DNA from: a bacterium
Lineage (GTDB): Bacteria > SZUA-182 > DTGQ01 > JAFGSM01
Assembly (NCBI GenBank): GCA_049472315.1
Contig: JBLIRN010000029.1
Span: 1-39,240 of the forward strand
Direction of reading: 5' to 3'
DNA: 39,240 nucleotides
Shown piece after piece: positions 10,426-20,189 of the stretch. Under the pieces are notes generated by a model. The model was not told the origin of the DNA and searched no databases. It saw only the letters and a program-made list of their open reading frames with translations. Numbering within the stretch: position 1 is the first letter of the stretch; each line of letters opens with the position of its first letter. Made by a program: the position numbers and the translations under genes.

Positions 10426-11322
10426 TCAGATGAGACTGGTGCTGAAATATCGTTCGGCCCGGTCCGGGAGCACGGTGACCACGGCACCGGGACGATGCAG
10501 GGACACCTCGACCGCCGCCCACACGTTCGCACCGGATGATGTCCCCACCAGCAGACCCTCCTCGCGTGCGAGCTTTCGGGTGGTTTCAATGGCCTCGTCG
10601 TCACTCACGGTAATGACCTCATCAATGAGAGAGACATCCAGGACCTTGGGGATGAATCCGTCACCGATACCCTGTATCTGATGCAGTCCCGGCTCCTGTC
10701 CGAGGAGTGCGGAGCTGTTCCGGGGCTCCACGGCGATGATCCGGATATGGGGGTCCATTTCCTTTAAATACCGCCCCACCCCGCCGAGCGTGCCGCCGCT
10801 TCCCACTCCTGCAACAAAGGCGCTGATCTGCCGGTCCATCTGTTTCCAGATCTCCCTGCCTGTGGTGAGGTAGTGGATTTCGGGATTTTTTGGATTCTCG
10901 AACTGCTGGGGTATATAGATCCTGGGGTCCTTTTTCGCCATCTCCATGGCGCAATCCACGCTCCCCTGGATGCCTTTGTCCGCAGGGGTGAGGATCAGCT
11001 CAGCTCCGAAGGCCCTTATGATCTTCTTTCTTTCCTCGCTCATATTCTCGGGCATGGCGATAATCACCCGATACCCCTTCTGAACGCCGACAAAGGCCAT
11101 GCCGATGCCGGTATTCCCCGAGGTGGGTTCCATGATGATGGAATCCCTCTTGAGCAGTCCTTCCTGTTCCGCCTCCTCGATGAGATGCTTGGCCACGCGG
11201 TCCTTGATGCTTCCGCCAGGATTCAGAAACTCGGCCTTTGCATAGACCTCCCTGTGGGTAATATGCCGTATCTTCACCATGGGGGTATTTCCGATCGCAT
11301 TCAAAATCGACGAGTAATGCAT
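10426..11322 (-). CDS. cysK: Cysteine synthase (O-acetylserine sulfhydrylase)
   Basis: NPGGSIKDR (PLP lysine), EPTSGNTGIG, QQFEN, GVGSGGT, HQIQGIG, GTSSGAN. Confidence 0.95.
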   Translation of the reverse strand: MHYSSILNAIGNTPMVKIRHITHREVYAKAEFLNPGGSIKDRVAKHLIEEAEQEGLLKRDSIIMEPTSGNTGIGMAFVGVQKGYRVIIAMPENMSEERKKIIRAFGAELILTPADKGIQGSVDCAMEMAKKDPRIYIPQQFENPKNPEIHYLTTGREIWKQMDRQISAFVAGVGSGGTLGGVGRYLKEMDPHIRIIAVEPRNSSALLGQEPGLHQIQGIGDGFIPKVLDVSLIDEVITVSDDEAIETTRKLAREEGLLVGTSSGANVWAAVEVSLHRPGAVVTVLPDRAERYFSTSLI

Positions 11323-11390
11323 GGGATCTCCTCATTTATTGAAACATGAACCCGCGGCGCAGGCGCTCCCGCGGGTACTACACCGGGGTA

Positions 11391-12152
11391 TTATATAGCT
11401 TCGAACCGAACATCCGGTCCGTCGGTATCGAGAATCGCAAAAAGGCCCTCCTTGAGAGGGCCCGGATTGACCACCAGGGTTCTTCCCAGCCATTCCTCTC
11501 CCCGTGCGCCATGGGCGTGTCCGCAAAACACGAAATGCGGCTTGAGCCAATCGATCAACTCATTGACAAGGACGGATCCCTTGTGCCCGCCCTTCTCAAA
11601 GTCAAGCTTGGAATGGGGGGGCGTATGAAGGATGAGGACCTTGTCCCCCTGCACGTATGAAAGCCTTCTCAAAGAGAAGCGGACGTGCTCCCCGGGATAC
11701 TGAAGGACAAAATCCCTCTCCGCGTGCCCCTGTGTGATCTCCCCGCCGAACCCGCTGAAGAAAAATCCCTCGAAATAGTGGATATTCTCCTGAACGACCC
11801 GTATATTCGGAAGGGTCAACTCATAGTGAAACAGGTGGCCAAAAAAACGCCCCTCCGGGGCGTCCATGTTGCCGGGGACAACCAATACCGGAACCCCTAT
11901 CGTATCCATCGAAAGAAAAAACGATTGAAGCACCCTGTGATCCTCCTCTGCCTCCCTGAGGATCTCGGGGGAATTGAAATCGGGTCTCCTGTTCTCCTCC
12001 TTCCCCTTGAGCCAGAGGGTACCCCGTGCCTTTCCCTTCACTACATCACCGCAAAACACGATCAAATCGGGTGAAAGCTCCCGAAAGACCCTGGTGATGT
12101 CATCAAGCAGATCGGTATTACCGTGGAAATCGGAGATAACAAGGATCTTCAT
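11391..12152 (-). CDS. Calcineurin-like metallophosphoesterase
   Basis: ISDFH, GDVV, GNMD, HTPP, GHAH and VNPG motifs. Confidence 0.88.
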   Translation of the reverse strand: MKILVISDFHGNTDLLDDITRVFRELSPDLIVFCGDVVKGKARGTLWLKGKEENRRPDFNSPEILREAEEDHRVLQSFFLSMDTIGVPVLVVPGNMDAPEGRFFGHLFHYELTLPNIRVVQENIHYFEGFFFSGFGGEITQGHAERDFVLQYPGEHVRFSLRRLSYVQGDKVLILHTPPHSKLDFEKGGHKGSVLVNELIDWLKPHFVFCGHAHGARGEEWLGRTLVVNPGPLKEGLFAILDTDGPDVRFEAI

Positions 12153-12582
12153 ACACTCCCCTCATGCTGCACCATAGAGGAGGTCTATCCCGATCCGGGG
12201 ATCACCTCACTACGCATGATTGCAGTGCCCACAGGTGCCTTGCCGATATCATGCGTGTTCCGTTCGATAACGTATTGTATAATGACTCAATGTCATGCGG
12301 GAAGGTGGATGCCTTCTCCCGCCGCATGATCGGTCAATTATCGTATTATGACGCCATCCGGTCAAAACGTCAAGTAACCCTTTATTTTTTCTGATGGAAT
12401 GTATCTCCTGCAACGGTTTCCCGTTGCCGTGCATATGGCGAAATGGTAGATGGTATCTGCAATGCCGATGTTAGACCTTTGGGTAGGGAGTGCAAACATG
12501 TCTGCTCATGCTTGTGAACCATCAAAACCAGAATTGCCGGAATGACCAGCTTGGGAAGGCATAGGGGATGAAGGGGCGGTGT

Positions 12583-13446
12583 TTACCGGCCGATTCCCTT
12601 GCGCGGATGTGTCATGCAAAACGCCGCATCCATCAGATGCGTCACCAGAAGTGTCAGGGGTCTTCCTTCAAGCGACCGCACCATGCCCCCCAGCCATCTC
12701 CTGGCGGGATTGCGGTCGGCATACAACAGGTCCGCCTTGGCCCGAATCAGGTGATCGGTTTCGTTGCTGCAGGAATCAAAGTAATAGGTGGCGAGGGATA
12801 CGAACTCATTCATAAAACGATAGTAGGTGCATTCAGTTAAATAGCGATCCTGCCTGTAAGCGGTTTCCTCGGCGGTGCAGTCCGGCAGCCGGGGACGCAA
12901 TCTCAGCGCATAGAATATGCTCAGATATCGTGCGCGGCATCTTCCCGGCGGAATCCAATGCGCCCCAGGGATGCCGATGTGCGCCTCAAAGGGGGAGGTG
13001 GCGAGCGGGAAGGTGGCAAGGAGCACCCCATCAGGCCTGAGCACCCGCGCGCATTCCTCGATCATCCGGTCGATAAACCGGACATGCTCAAAGACCTGGT
13101 TGGCATAGATGACATCGAACAAATCGTCTGCAAATGGGATCGAGCGCTCATCCGGGGCAGTGCGAATACGGTCGTTGCCCGATCCATCAGCATATGCAGC
13201 CACCCGATCCCTGAGGGAGCCGATCCCCCCTTCAAGATCATAGCCGTAAAGATCATACCCGTAGTCGAGAAGGTGCTCGATCACGCTCCCATCCCCGCAT
13301 CCCATGTCCAGGATCGACAATCTCCTCCCCTGGGCGAGGTCATGGAGCCTGCGCGCGATATAGAGGGCGGTGCATGAATTCCATTGCATGTCTGTCGCGC
13401 GTATCCCCGGATCCCTATGCATGTGTTCCTTGTTTCCCTTTGTCAT
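12583..13446 (-). CDS. Class I SAM-dependent methyltransferase
   Basis: ILDMGCGDG, IPFADDLFDVIYANQVFEHV, RVLRPDG; ATGA overlap with the upstream gene. Confidence 0.88.
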   Translation of the reverse strand: MTKGNKEHMHRDPGIRATDMQWNSCTALYIARRLHDLAQGRRLSILDMGCGDGSVIEHLLDYGYDLYGYDLEGGIGSLRDRVAAYADGSGNDRIRTAPDERSIPFADDLFDVIYANQVFEHVRFIDRMIEECARVLRPDGVLLATFPLATSPFEAHIGIPGAHWIPPGRCRARYLSIFYALRLRPRLPDCTAEETAYRQDRYLTECTYYRFMNEFVSLATYYFDSCSNETDHLIRAKADLLYADRNPARRWLGGMVRSLEGRPLTLLVTHLMDAAFCMTHPRKGIGR

Positions 13447-15347
13447 AGCTCCACCAGGACGATGCCCCCCCTCCTGCAGAGCATGGCTGCGGACCGAACC
13501 AATTCCATCAGCATCGTCCGATCCCTGTCCGTAAATTCAAAGGCTTTGAATGACGCCTCCGATCGATCAATCTCGGAGAAGTTAACCAGGAGGTGGGTAA
13601 TTCCCATCCCCTTGAGCCGCTCACGGACCTCCCCGATGGTGGCGGCACTCTTGACAATGGGGACAATGGGATTGATATCGAAGACGGTGGAGGCGATGAC
13701 CTCCCTGACGCAGTAAAAGTTTATGGTCTCCCCGAGAAAGAGGATGCGCGCATGGGAGGGGAGTTTCTCGTTGATGAATCCGAAAATGGGGTAGCTCGGT
13801 ATGGCCCGGGATAGATATGCTTCAGGTGCTTCCGCCCCGCTGAGATATTCCCAGGGATTATATACCCGGGACATGGTGGCGGCGGCATAAAAGAGGTTGT
13901 AGGCAAGCCCTGCCATAAGCAGGCTGATGACCAATACCCTGACCACCCTTCCTGTGCGCTTGACAATGCGGCTGAGGGTATTGGTTTCGAGCAGTATGAG
14001 TATGGCAAAGCACGGGATGGCGAAGCGGGTCATCCGGAAGCTAAAGCCCCAGAGGAGGTAGTATGCCGCGCAGTAGAAGGCGGTCAACGACCACATGGGG
14101 TTTTCCCTGTCCGGAACGAATGCGAGTGGAATGAGAAGAACCACCAGCAGGCCGATCGACCCCCCGACGCCGAACCGGCCGGGGTGCGCAAGCATGTCGT
14201 AGGGGATGGTCAGGATGTCGATCGGTAGACGACCGCTCAAAGAAACGCCATGGGCCGAGCCACGGAAGGCATCGAGCCTTTCCTTTGACATGCCCGGGCT
14301 TCCCCATACATCCGCCCACTGGGGATAAAAGGGATTGCGCGTCCATACCAGATTTTTGATGTACCAGCCCGATCCGACAACGATCGCGATAACGACAAAG
14401 AGCAGGAGCGCGGCAACAGCGCCGCGAATGAGTCTTTTTCGGGTGAGGAACACAAACAGTATGCAGAGCATGCCAAGCCCCAGACAAAAAATAATGGCGG
14501 TATATTTGGTGCCGAGGGAAAATCCCGTCATAAGCGAAGCGGCGACGAGCCACCCCTTCTTGCCGGTGACCGACCACATGCACAGGGCATAGAATGCGAG
14601 GATTGCATACAGGGAAAACCCGAGGTCCACGTTCACCAGTGATCCCATAATGAGCATGGTGGGGGTTATAAGGAGGATGATCCCGGCAAGCCATATAAAG
14701 GGGCGCCGGGTCATTCTCAGGGCAAGGAGCGACAGGCAGGCCGCGTTTAACAGGGTGAGGATCATGACCAGGGATTTCGGCGCACCCTGCCCTCCCAGGA
14801 GGAGGCAGACGGCAAAGAGATTCTGGATCAGGAAGGGATGGTACGAATGCATGGAATACGGCATACAAAAAATGGCACGCCGAACGATGTATTGGTTGGG
14901 AATCCCCAGGTGATACACCAGCGCATCATAAAAAACCGGGGGAATGCGGGACATGAGCGCCAGCCAGATGAGGGTGATGATGACAAGGGGAAAGAACACA
15001 AGGGTAAGGGAAGAACGGCGAAGGGAGCGGACAAGGGGCCCGGCGACGGATGCACAGGTCGCCACGTATGCCTTGATGGCGCGGAACCCGGCGAGAAAGA
15101 GGAGCGTGAAAACCGCCAGCACGGCCCAGAACGTCAACAACCCCGACACCCCGAGGATGAGAATGAGAATGGCGATGATCCCGAGCCCCATGGATATGCT
15201 GAAGATTCCCTCCTCCAATACCTCGAACGGCCCCTCCGGCGCACCGAGCAGCAGGGACCAGATTCGTTTCCCGATCCCCAGTGATATCGCCAGGAACACG
15301 GCAATAAACAGCATGTCGGTAATCATCGTACCAATGAGCTTAAACAA
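13443..15347 (-). CDS. Polytopic membrane glycosyltransferase, GT-C fold (ArnT/PMT-like)
   Basis: Many TM helices; YDALVYH first-loop motif, NVD, GTKY, WYIKN..NPFYP and RF elements; soluble C-terminal domain. Confidence 0.72.
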   Translation of the reverse strand: MFKLIGTMITDMLFIAVFLAISLGIGKRIWSLLLGAPEGPFEVLEEGIFSISMGLGIIAILILILGVSGLLTFWAVLAVFTLLFLAGFRAIKAYVATCASVAGPLVRSLRRSSLTLVFFPLVIITLIWLALMSRIPPVFYDALVYHLGIPNQYIVRRAIFCMPYSMHSYHPFLIQNLFAVCLLLGGQGAPKSLVMILTLLNAACLSLLALRMTRRPFIWLAGIILLITPTMLIMGSLVNVDLGFSLYAILAFYALCMWSVTGKKGWLVAASLMTGFSLGTKYTAIIFCLGLGMLCILFVFLTRKRLIRGAVAALLLFVVIAIVVGSGWYIKNLVWTRNPFYPQWADVWGSPGMSKERLDAFRGSAHGVSLSGRLPIDILTIPYDMLAHPGRFGVGGSIGLLVVLLIPLAFVPDRENPMWSLTAFYCAAYYLLWGFSFRMTRFAIPCFAILILLETNTLSRIVKRTGRVVRVLVISLLMAGLAYNLFYAAATMSRVYNPWEYLSGAEAPEAYLSRAIPSYPIFGFINEKLPSHARILFLGETINFYCVREVIASTVFDINPIVPIVKSAATIGEVRERLKGMGITHLLVNFSEIDRSEASFKAFEFTDRDRTMLMELVRSAAMLCRRGGIVLVEL

Positions 15348-15468
15348 TCGCCTTCACCTGCCCTCACTCTATGCCTGCCGGTTGAACAGGTATGTGAACA
15401 CGAAGACATTCTGCAGCCATGTCAAATCCGCATATAACCGCACATATCGGCACACACACGTGGTTTTT

Positions 15469-16662
15469 TCAGGTACTTCCAGTCTCGATACACTCGTAAT
15501 ACAGGTCCGCCACCTTCTGCAGGGTATCCTCGAGGAGGAATCCCCTTTGTATACGCTTCCGTGCCTCATTACCCATTCGCTGCGCATTTTCGGAAGATCG
15601 GATGAGGGAAACGACCGCCCTGCACAGGGCATCCACGTCCCCCGGTGGTATGAGAATCCCTTCCACCCCCTCCCTTCCGATAACCTCACCGGTCCCTCCC
15701 ACCCGCGTGGCCACCACCGGTCTGCCCAGGGCCATTGCCTCGAGAAGTGACTGGGGAAGCCCCTCCTCTTCGGAGGTCAGGCAAAAGATATCCAGGCACG
15801 CCATCCAGGGAAGTACGTCAGACTGAAATCCGGCAAACATGACCCGTTCCGCGATCCCGAGCCTCTCAGCCATGGTCCCCAATGCCTCCCTTTCAGGCCC
15901 GTCACCCACAATGAGAAGCCTCACACGCGGTATGGATGCGACAATACGGGCGAATCCCTGAAGAAGCATTCCAAGGCCCTTGTCCCGGTGAAGACGCGCT
16001 GCAGTGCCCATCAGCCACTCCCCCTCTTTGATATCCAGTCGCGCCCGCACGGATGCCCCTGCCCTTCCCTCTTCCAGGAACCGATCCTCCACCCCATGAT
16101 AGATCACCCGTATTGCATCCGAAGCGATGCCCTCCCGGTCGCTATACCTTTTTTTTACCGCCTTGGAAACGGCCATGACCATATCGGCCCTTTTCAAGGC
16201 CCACCGGTCGAGGAGAATGCGCCACCGCGCCTTGTTTCTGTCGATGCACCGCACGGACGCGATATTTCGCCGTGCACCCTTCCCCCCGGAAAAAATGCGT
16301 CCCATGCCTGCCATGAGATTGGCCTGAAAGAGAAAGGAATGCACGATATCGGGCGCTGCCTGCCTCAGGTGCCTCCGCCACCGGAAGAACCCCATGATGA
16401 AGTGCAGGGGATACGTGACGGTGATGCGCTGCGGCAGGTTCAGGTGCGTCACTTCGATTCCCCTGCTTTGCAGCTCCTGTGCCATACATCCCGGCCGCTT
16501 CATGCTGCAGACGCCCACCTGCATTCCCCTCTGTTTCATCCCGCACGCCAACCTCAGAACCGATGCCTCGGTGCCGCCGAAATGGGAATCGGTGACCAGG
16601 TAAAGGATCCTGATCGCCCTGCCCCTGTCCGTTTTACGTGATGTCCGCTGCCCGGTATCCAT
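15469..16662 (-). CDS. GT4-family glycosyltransferase
   Basis: FGGTE, ARLHRDKG, TSEEEGLPQSLLEAMALG. Start trimmed to ATG 16662, just after the asnB stop. Confidence 0.9.
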   Translation of the reverse strand: MDTGQRTSRKTDRGRAIRILYLVTDSHFGGTEASVLRLACGMKQRGMQVGVCSMKRPGCMAQELQSRGIEVTHLNLPQRITVTYPLHFIMGFFRWRRHLRQAAPDIVHSFLFQANLMAGMGRIFSGGKGARRNIASVRCIDRNKARWRILLDRWALKRADMVMAVSKAVKKRYSDREGIASDAIRVIYHGVEDRFLEEGRAGASVRARLDIKEGEWLMGTAARLHRDKGLGMLLQGFARIVASIPRVRLLIVGDGPEREALGTMAERLGIAERVMFAGFQSDVLPWMACLDIFCLTSEEEGLPQSLLEAMALGRPVVATRVGGTGEVIGREGVEGILIPPGDVDALCRAVVSLIRSSENAQRMGNEARKRIQRGFLLEDTLQKVADLYYECIETGST

Positions 16663-16666
16663 CCAT

Positions 16667-18559
16667 TCACCCGTCCGCAAAACGGAGGTGCCACAGCTCC
16701 AGGATGAGCAGCGCCCAGATCCGGTAGGCGTGATCGGCCTGTCTCCGGCAGTGGGCATCGAGTAATCCCCTCACCTCTTCCTGCCTGAAATAGCCCCGTT
16801 CGATCGCCTTGCGGCTCAGGAGGGTATCGTACGCCATCTCGCGTAACTCCTTCCTGAACCATGCATCGATGGGAACGCCGAATCCCATCTTGGGCCTGAA
16901 AAGGATCTCCTGGGGGAGAATCCGCTTGAATGCCCTTTTCAGGAAGTACTTGGTTTTCCATCCCCTGAGCTTGAGGGTATGGGGAAGGGAGGCGGCGAAT
17001 TCCATGAGCCGGTGGTCGAGAAAGGGGGAACGTGCCTCCAGGGCATGGGCCATGGTGGCGATATCCACCTTGACCATGAGATCGTCGGGCAGATACGTGT
17101 GCACATCCACGTACAGGGTGCGGTCCAGGAATGCATCCGCCCGTGCCCGGGCATACCATTCCTCTATATATGCATAGGAATCCAGGTTCCTTACCTGTGA
17201 TGCGAATTCATCCGTATACAACAGTGATTTTGCCGTATTGTCGAAGGAGCAGATCCACCGGCAATACCGGCGTTCCGCCCGTTCACCCAGGGCATTCACA
17301 AAACGCTTGAGCCTGCGGGTGAATCCCTTGTACCGGTAATCACAGGGAAGTGCGTTCACGATCCTGCTGATGGCCGCAGGTCCCATCCAGGAGGGGATCT
17401 TTGTGTATACACCTGCAAGCCGGTCTGCAAGGTAGCGCTCATACCCGGCAAAGGATTCGTCACCCCCGTCTCCGTTCAATGCCACGGTCACCCCCTGCCG
17501 GGTCATCTTCGCGAGGTAGAAGCTGGGGATGGCGGAGGAATCGGCAAATGGCTCATCGTAATGCCAGATCAGCGAGGGAAGGATCTCTGCGGCATTGGGG
17601 CGTACGATGAACTCGTGATGCTCCGTATTGAAGAGCCGGGCCACCTTCCGTGCATAGGCAAGCTCATTGTATGCGTGATCCTCGAATCCTATGGAGAAGG
17701 TCTTGACCGGGGCATTGATCAGCCTGCTCATCATGGCCACGGTCGCGCTGGAATCGATGCCCCCGCTGAGGAATGCCCCGAGGGGCACGTCACTCATCAG
17801 GCGTATCCGGACCGCATCCTCAAAACGGTCGATGAATTCGGCCTCCAGATCCTCCATAGAGCTCGCCGCATGTTTTGCCCTATAATCCAGGTCCCAGTAG
17901 CGGGCCGTCCGGACGGTGCCATTCTCCCAGACCAGGTAGTGGGCCGGGGGGAGCTTCATGATCCCCCTGTATATGGTCATCGGGTGCGGGATGTATTGAA
18001 AGGTGAGATAGTGATGCAGTGCTCGGGTATCGATCGCCAGGTCTACCCCGGGGCAGGCGCGGAGCGCCTTGAGCTCGGAGCCGAAGAAAAGCCCTTCCTT
18101 GGTGATCGCGTAGAACAGCGGCTTTTTTCCTATACGGTCGCGGGCGAGCAGGAGCCTTTTTTGTCGCTCGTCCCACAGCGCCAGGCTGAACATGCCCCAG
18201 AGGGAGGAGATACACTCCTCCCCCAATTCCTCGTACAGGTGCAGGATCACCTCGCTGTCGCTTCGCGAACGAAAGGTGTGTCCCCGCGTCTCGAGATCAT
18301 CTCGCAAGGGGAGGTAGTTATAGATCTCCCCGTTCACCACCAGGAGCATGGATGAATCCTCATTCGGCATGGGTTGCCTGCCCAGGGGGCTTAAATCAAT
18401 GATGCTCAGGCGGCGGTGTCCAAGGCCGGCAGGCCCGCTGCAATAAATCCCCTCCGCGTCGGGCCCCCGATGAACAAGCTGCGTCGCCATCTGCCGGATG
18501 AGCCCTCGGTCCATAACCCTTTGTGCATCGAAGAGAATACCACCGCAGATGCCGCACAT
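16667..18559 (-). CDS. asnB: Asparagine synthase (glutamine-hydrolysing) family amidotransferase, likely glycan amidation
   Basis: True start MCGICG (Ntn cysteine; ATG 18559); HRGPD, RLSIID, NGEIYN, FLSGGIDSS, GDGGDE, RSPFLD. Confidence 0.95.
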   Translation of the reverse strand: MCGICGGILFDAQRVMDRGLIRQMATQLVHRGPDAEGIYCSGPAGLGHRRLSIIDLSPLGRQPMPNEDSSMLLVVNGEIYNYLPLRDDLETRGHTFRSRSDSEVILHLYEELGEECISSLWGMFSLALWDERQKRLLLARDRIGKKPLFYAITKEGLFFGSELKALRACPGVDLAIDTRALHHYLTFQYIPHPMTIYRGIMKLPPAHYLVWENGTVRTARYWDLDYRAKHAASSMEDLEAEFIDRFEDAVRIRLMSDVPLGAFLSGGIDSSATVAMMSRLINAPVKTFSIGFEDHAYNELAYARKVARLFNTEHHEFIVRPNAAEILPSLIWHYDEPFADSSAIPSFYLAKMTRQGVTVALNGDGGDESFAGYERYLADRLAGVYTKIPSWMGPAAISRIVNALPCDYRYKGFTRRLKRFVNALGERAERRYCRWICSFDNTAKSLLYTDEFASQVRNLDSYAYIEEWYARARADAFLDRTLYVDVHTYLPDDLMVKVDIATMAHALEARSPFLDHRLMEFAASLPHTLKLRGWKTKYFLKRAFKRILPQEILFRPKMGFGVPIDAWFRKELREMAYDTLLSRKAIERGYFRQEEVRGLLDAHCRRQADHAYRIWALLILELWHLRFADG

Positions 18560-18561
18560 GG

Positions 18562-19959
18562 TCACTCCCATCCCAGGAGTGCCAGTTGCTCCGATACCGA
18601 TTTCTTTGGCAAGAAGATCCTCAGTATCCGCTTCCCGGCTTGCACCAGAAAGAATGCGGCCACCCACAGGGCTATGGGCCAGGTGTGGGCCACAACTCGG
18701 GTTTCAAGACCCACCGAGAAGAGGAAGGCGGTCTGCACCTGAAACAGGATGAGGATGAGGTAGAGAATCCAAAAATCGGATCTCCAGAGGATCAGGAGCC
18801 CGCCCAGGAGACCGGTGCCCACCAGGAGTGCGAGAAGGACTTGGAACGGATGGCGGCGCAGGAGCTCCCGAGATATCACTGCCGGTGATTTCAGCGATTT
18901 TTTGAATTCATGCAGGGTTTCAGTGGGAGTATGTCGCACGCGGTGCAGAAGCTCTCGAGGGTTCACCGCCGGTGATTTCAGCGATTTTTTAAATTCATGC
19001 AGGGTTTCGGTGGGAATATACCGCACGATGAGCGCGAGGTAAATCATGCCCAGTCCCTGGGCGTTTCCTCTCAACAGCTCAGAGGGGGTGTGCAGGCGGA
19101 GAAAGTATTCCTTGGGGGTTATCCTCGGGCCCATGAACATCCCTTTTTCCTTGATTTCCTCCACCGTGGGAAATCCCGGTTTTCCGGCGAATTCGAGATT
19201 GGCGTAAAAACGGGCGTTCAGGTTGCTGGTGTAGAAGACATCACCGTTGACCCGGTATACACCCCACAGGTGTGGGGCAAACATGAGGAGTCCAATGAGC
19301 AGCGCCAGGGGGGCGCTGGCGATTCCCCACCGGTCCCTTGAAACAAGGGGAAGGAAAAGAAAAAGAAGGATTGCAGGGAGCAGGAATTCCATTCTGGTGA
19401 GCAGAATCAGGCCGGTCACCACCCCTGCGAGCACGGCTCGCGTGTATCGCCCAAGTCCCTCATTGATACAGGTGACATAGAGGAGAAGGAGCACAAGAAG
19501 GGTGAAGAACTCACACCGCAGCCCCCGTACGCTCGCCTCAATGCAATAGGTCTGCACCGCAAGGAGAAATGCGGCGAGCAGGGCCACTCCCTTCCCCATC
19601 CATGCTCGGACAAGAAGATAGGTCAACAGCACCACCAGAATGGAGAAGGTCAGGGATACCCATCGAACGTTCACCTCATCGGCACCGGGAAGGTCCAGGA
19701 ACGCCTTTACCACAAGAAGATAGAGGGGCTCCCGCATCCCGAAGCGGGCGGAGTAAAAGCCGGAATCGGTGAATGGCTTGAGCATTCGGGCAAAACCGAT
19801 AAACCCGTCCACATCCGGATCGAGGGGCCTGCCCATTGATCGCTGGAGCGCGCCCAACCGGAGGTAAAGGGCCAGCGCAAGGATAAGGAGGATAAGTGCG
19901 GCCTCCTTCCATAGCCTCAACCAAGATCCTTTCATATGCTGTTGATGCCCGTCGCCCAT
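18562..19959 (-). CDS. Polytopic membrane glycosyltransferase, GT-C fold (ArnT/PMT_2-like)
   Basis: LYLRL...DPD, REPLY, R..S and LTR elements; about 10 TM helices; internal 29-aa duplication. Start may be ATG 19935. Confidence 0.7.
   Translation of the reverse strand: MGDGHQQHMKGSWLRLWKEAALILLILALALYLRLGALQRSMGRPLDPDVDGFIGFARMLKPFTDSGFYSARFGMREPLYLLVVKAFLDLPGADEVNVRWVSLTFSILVVLLTYLLVRAWMGKGVALLAAFLLAVQTYCIEASVRGLRCEFFTLLVLLLLYVTCINEGLGRYTRAVLAGVVTGLILLTRMEFLLPAILLFLFLPLVSRDRWGIASAPLALLIGLLMFAPHLWGVYRVNGDVFYTSNLNARFYANLEFAGKPGFPTVEEIKEKGMFMGPRITPKEYFLRLHTPSELLRGNAQGLGMIYLALIVRYIPTETLHEFKKSLKSPAVNPRELLHRVRHTPTETLHEFKKSLKSPAVISRELLRRHPFQVLLALLVGTGLLGGLLILWRSDFWILYLILILFQVQTAFLFSVGLETRVVAHTWPIALWVAAFFLVQAGKRILRIFLPKKSVSEQLALLGWE
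18854..19027. repeat. 87-bp in-frame tandem duplication (18854-18940 / 18941-19027)
   Basis: Encodes PTETLHEFKKSLKSPAV..RELL twice, with several mismatches between the copies. Confidence 0.93.
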
Positions 19960-20189
19960 ACTATCTATTCGGATTTACCGATTCCTTACAATCAGGGTTG
20001 AGGTGCCCCGGAAGACCCTGCATCAATGATGTTTCAAGGATACCCTGCATACCGGTCGAATCCGCGCATGATACATGTATGCCGGAAGGGTCAATCCTGG
20101 AACACACCGGAACGTGATGAATCCCTCATCCTCCCGGCAGGGACTGCCTGCGCATGATTGCGGCACTGCAATATGAAAATTGCTCACTA

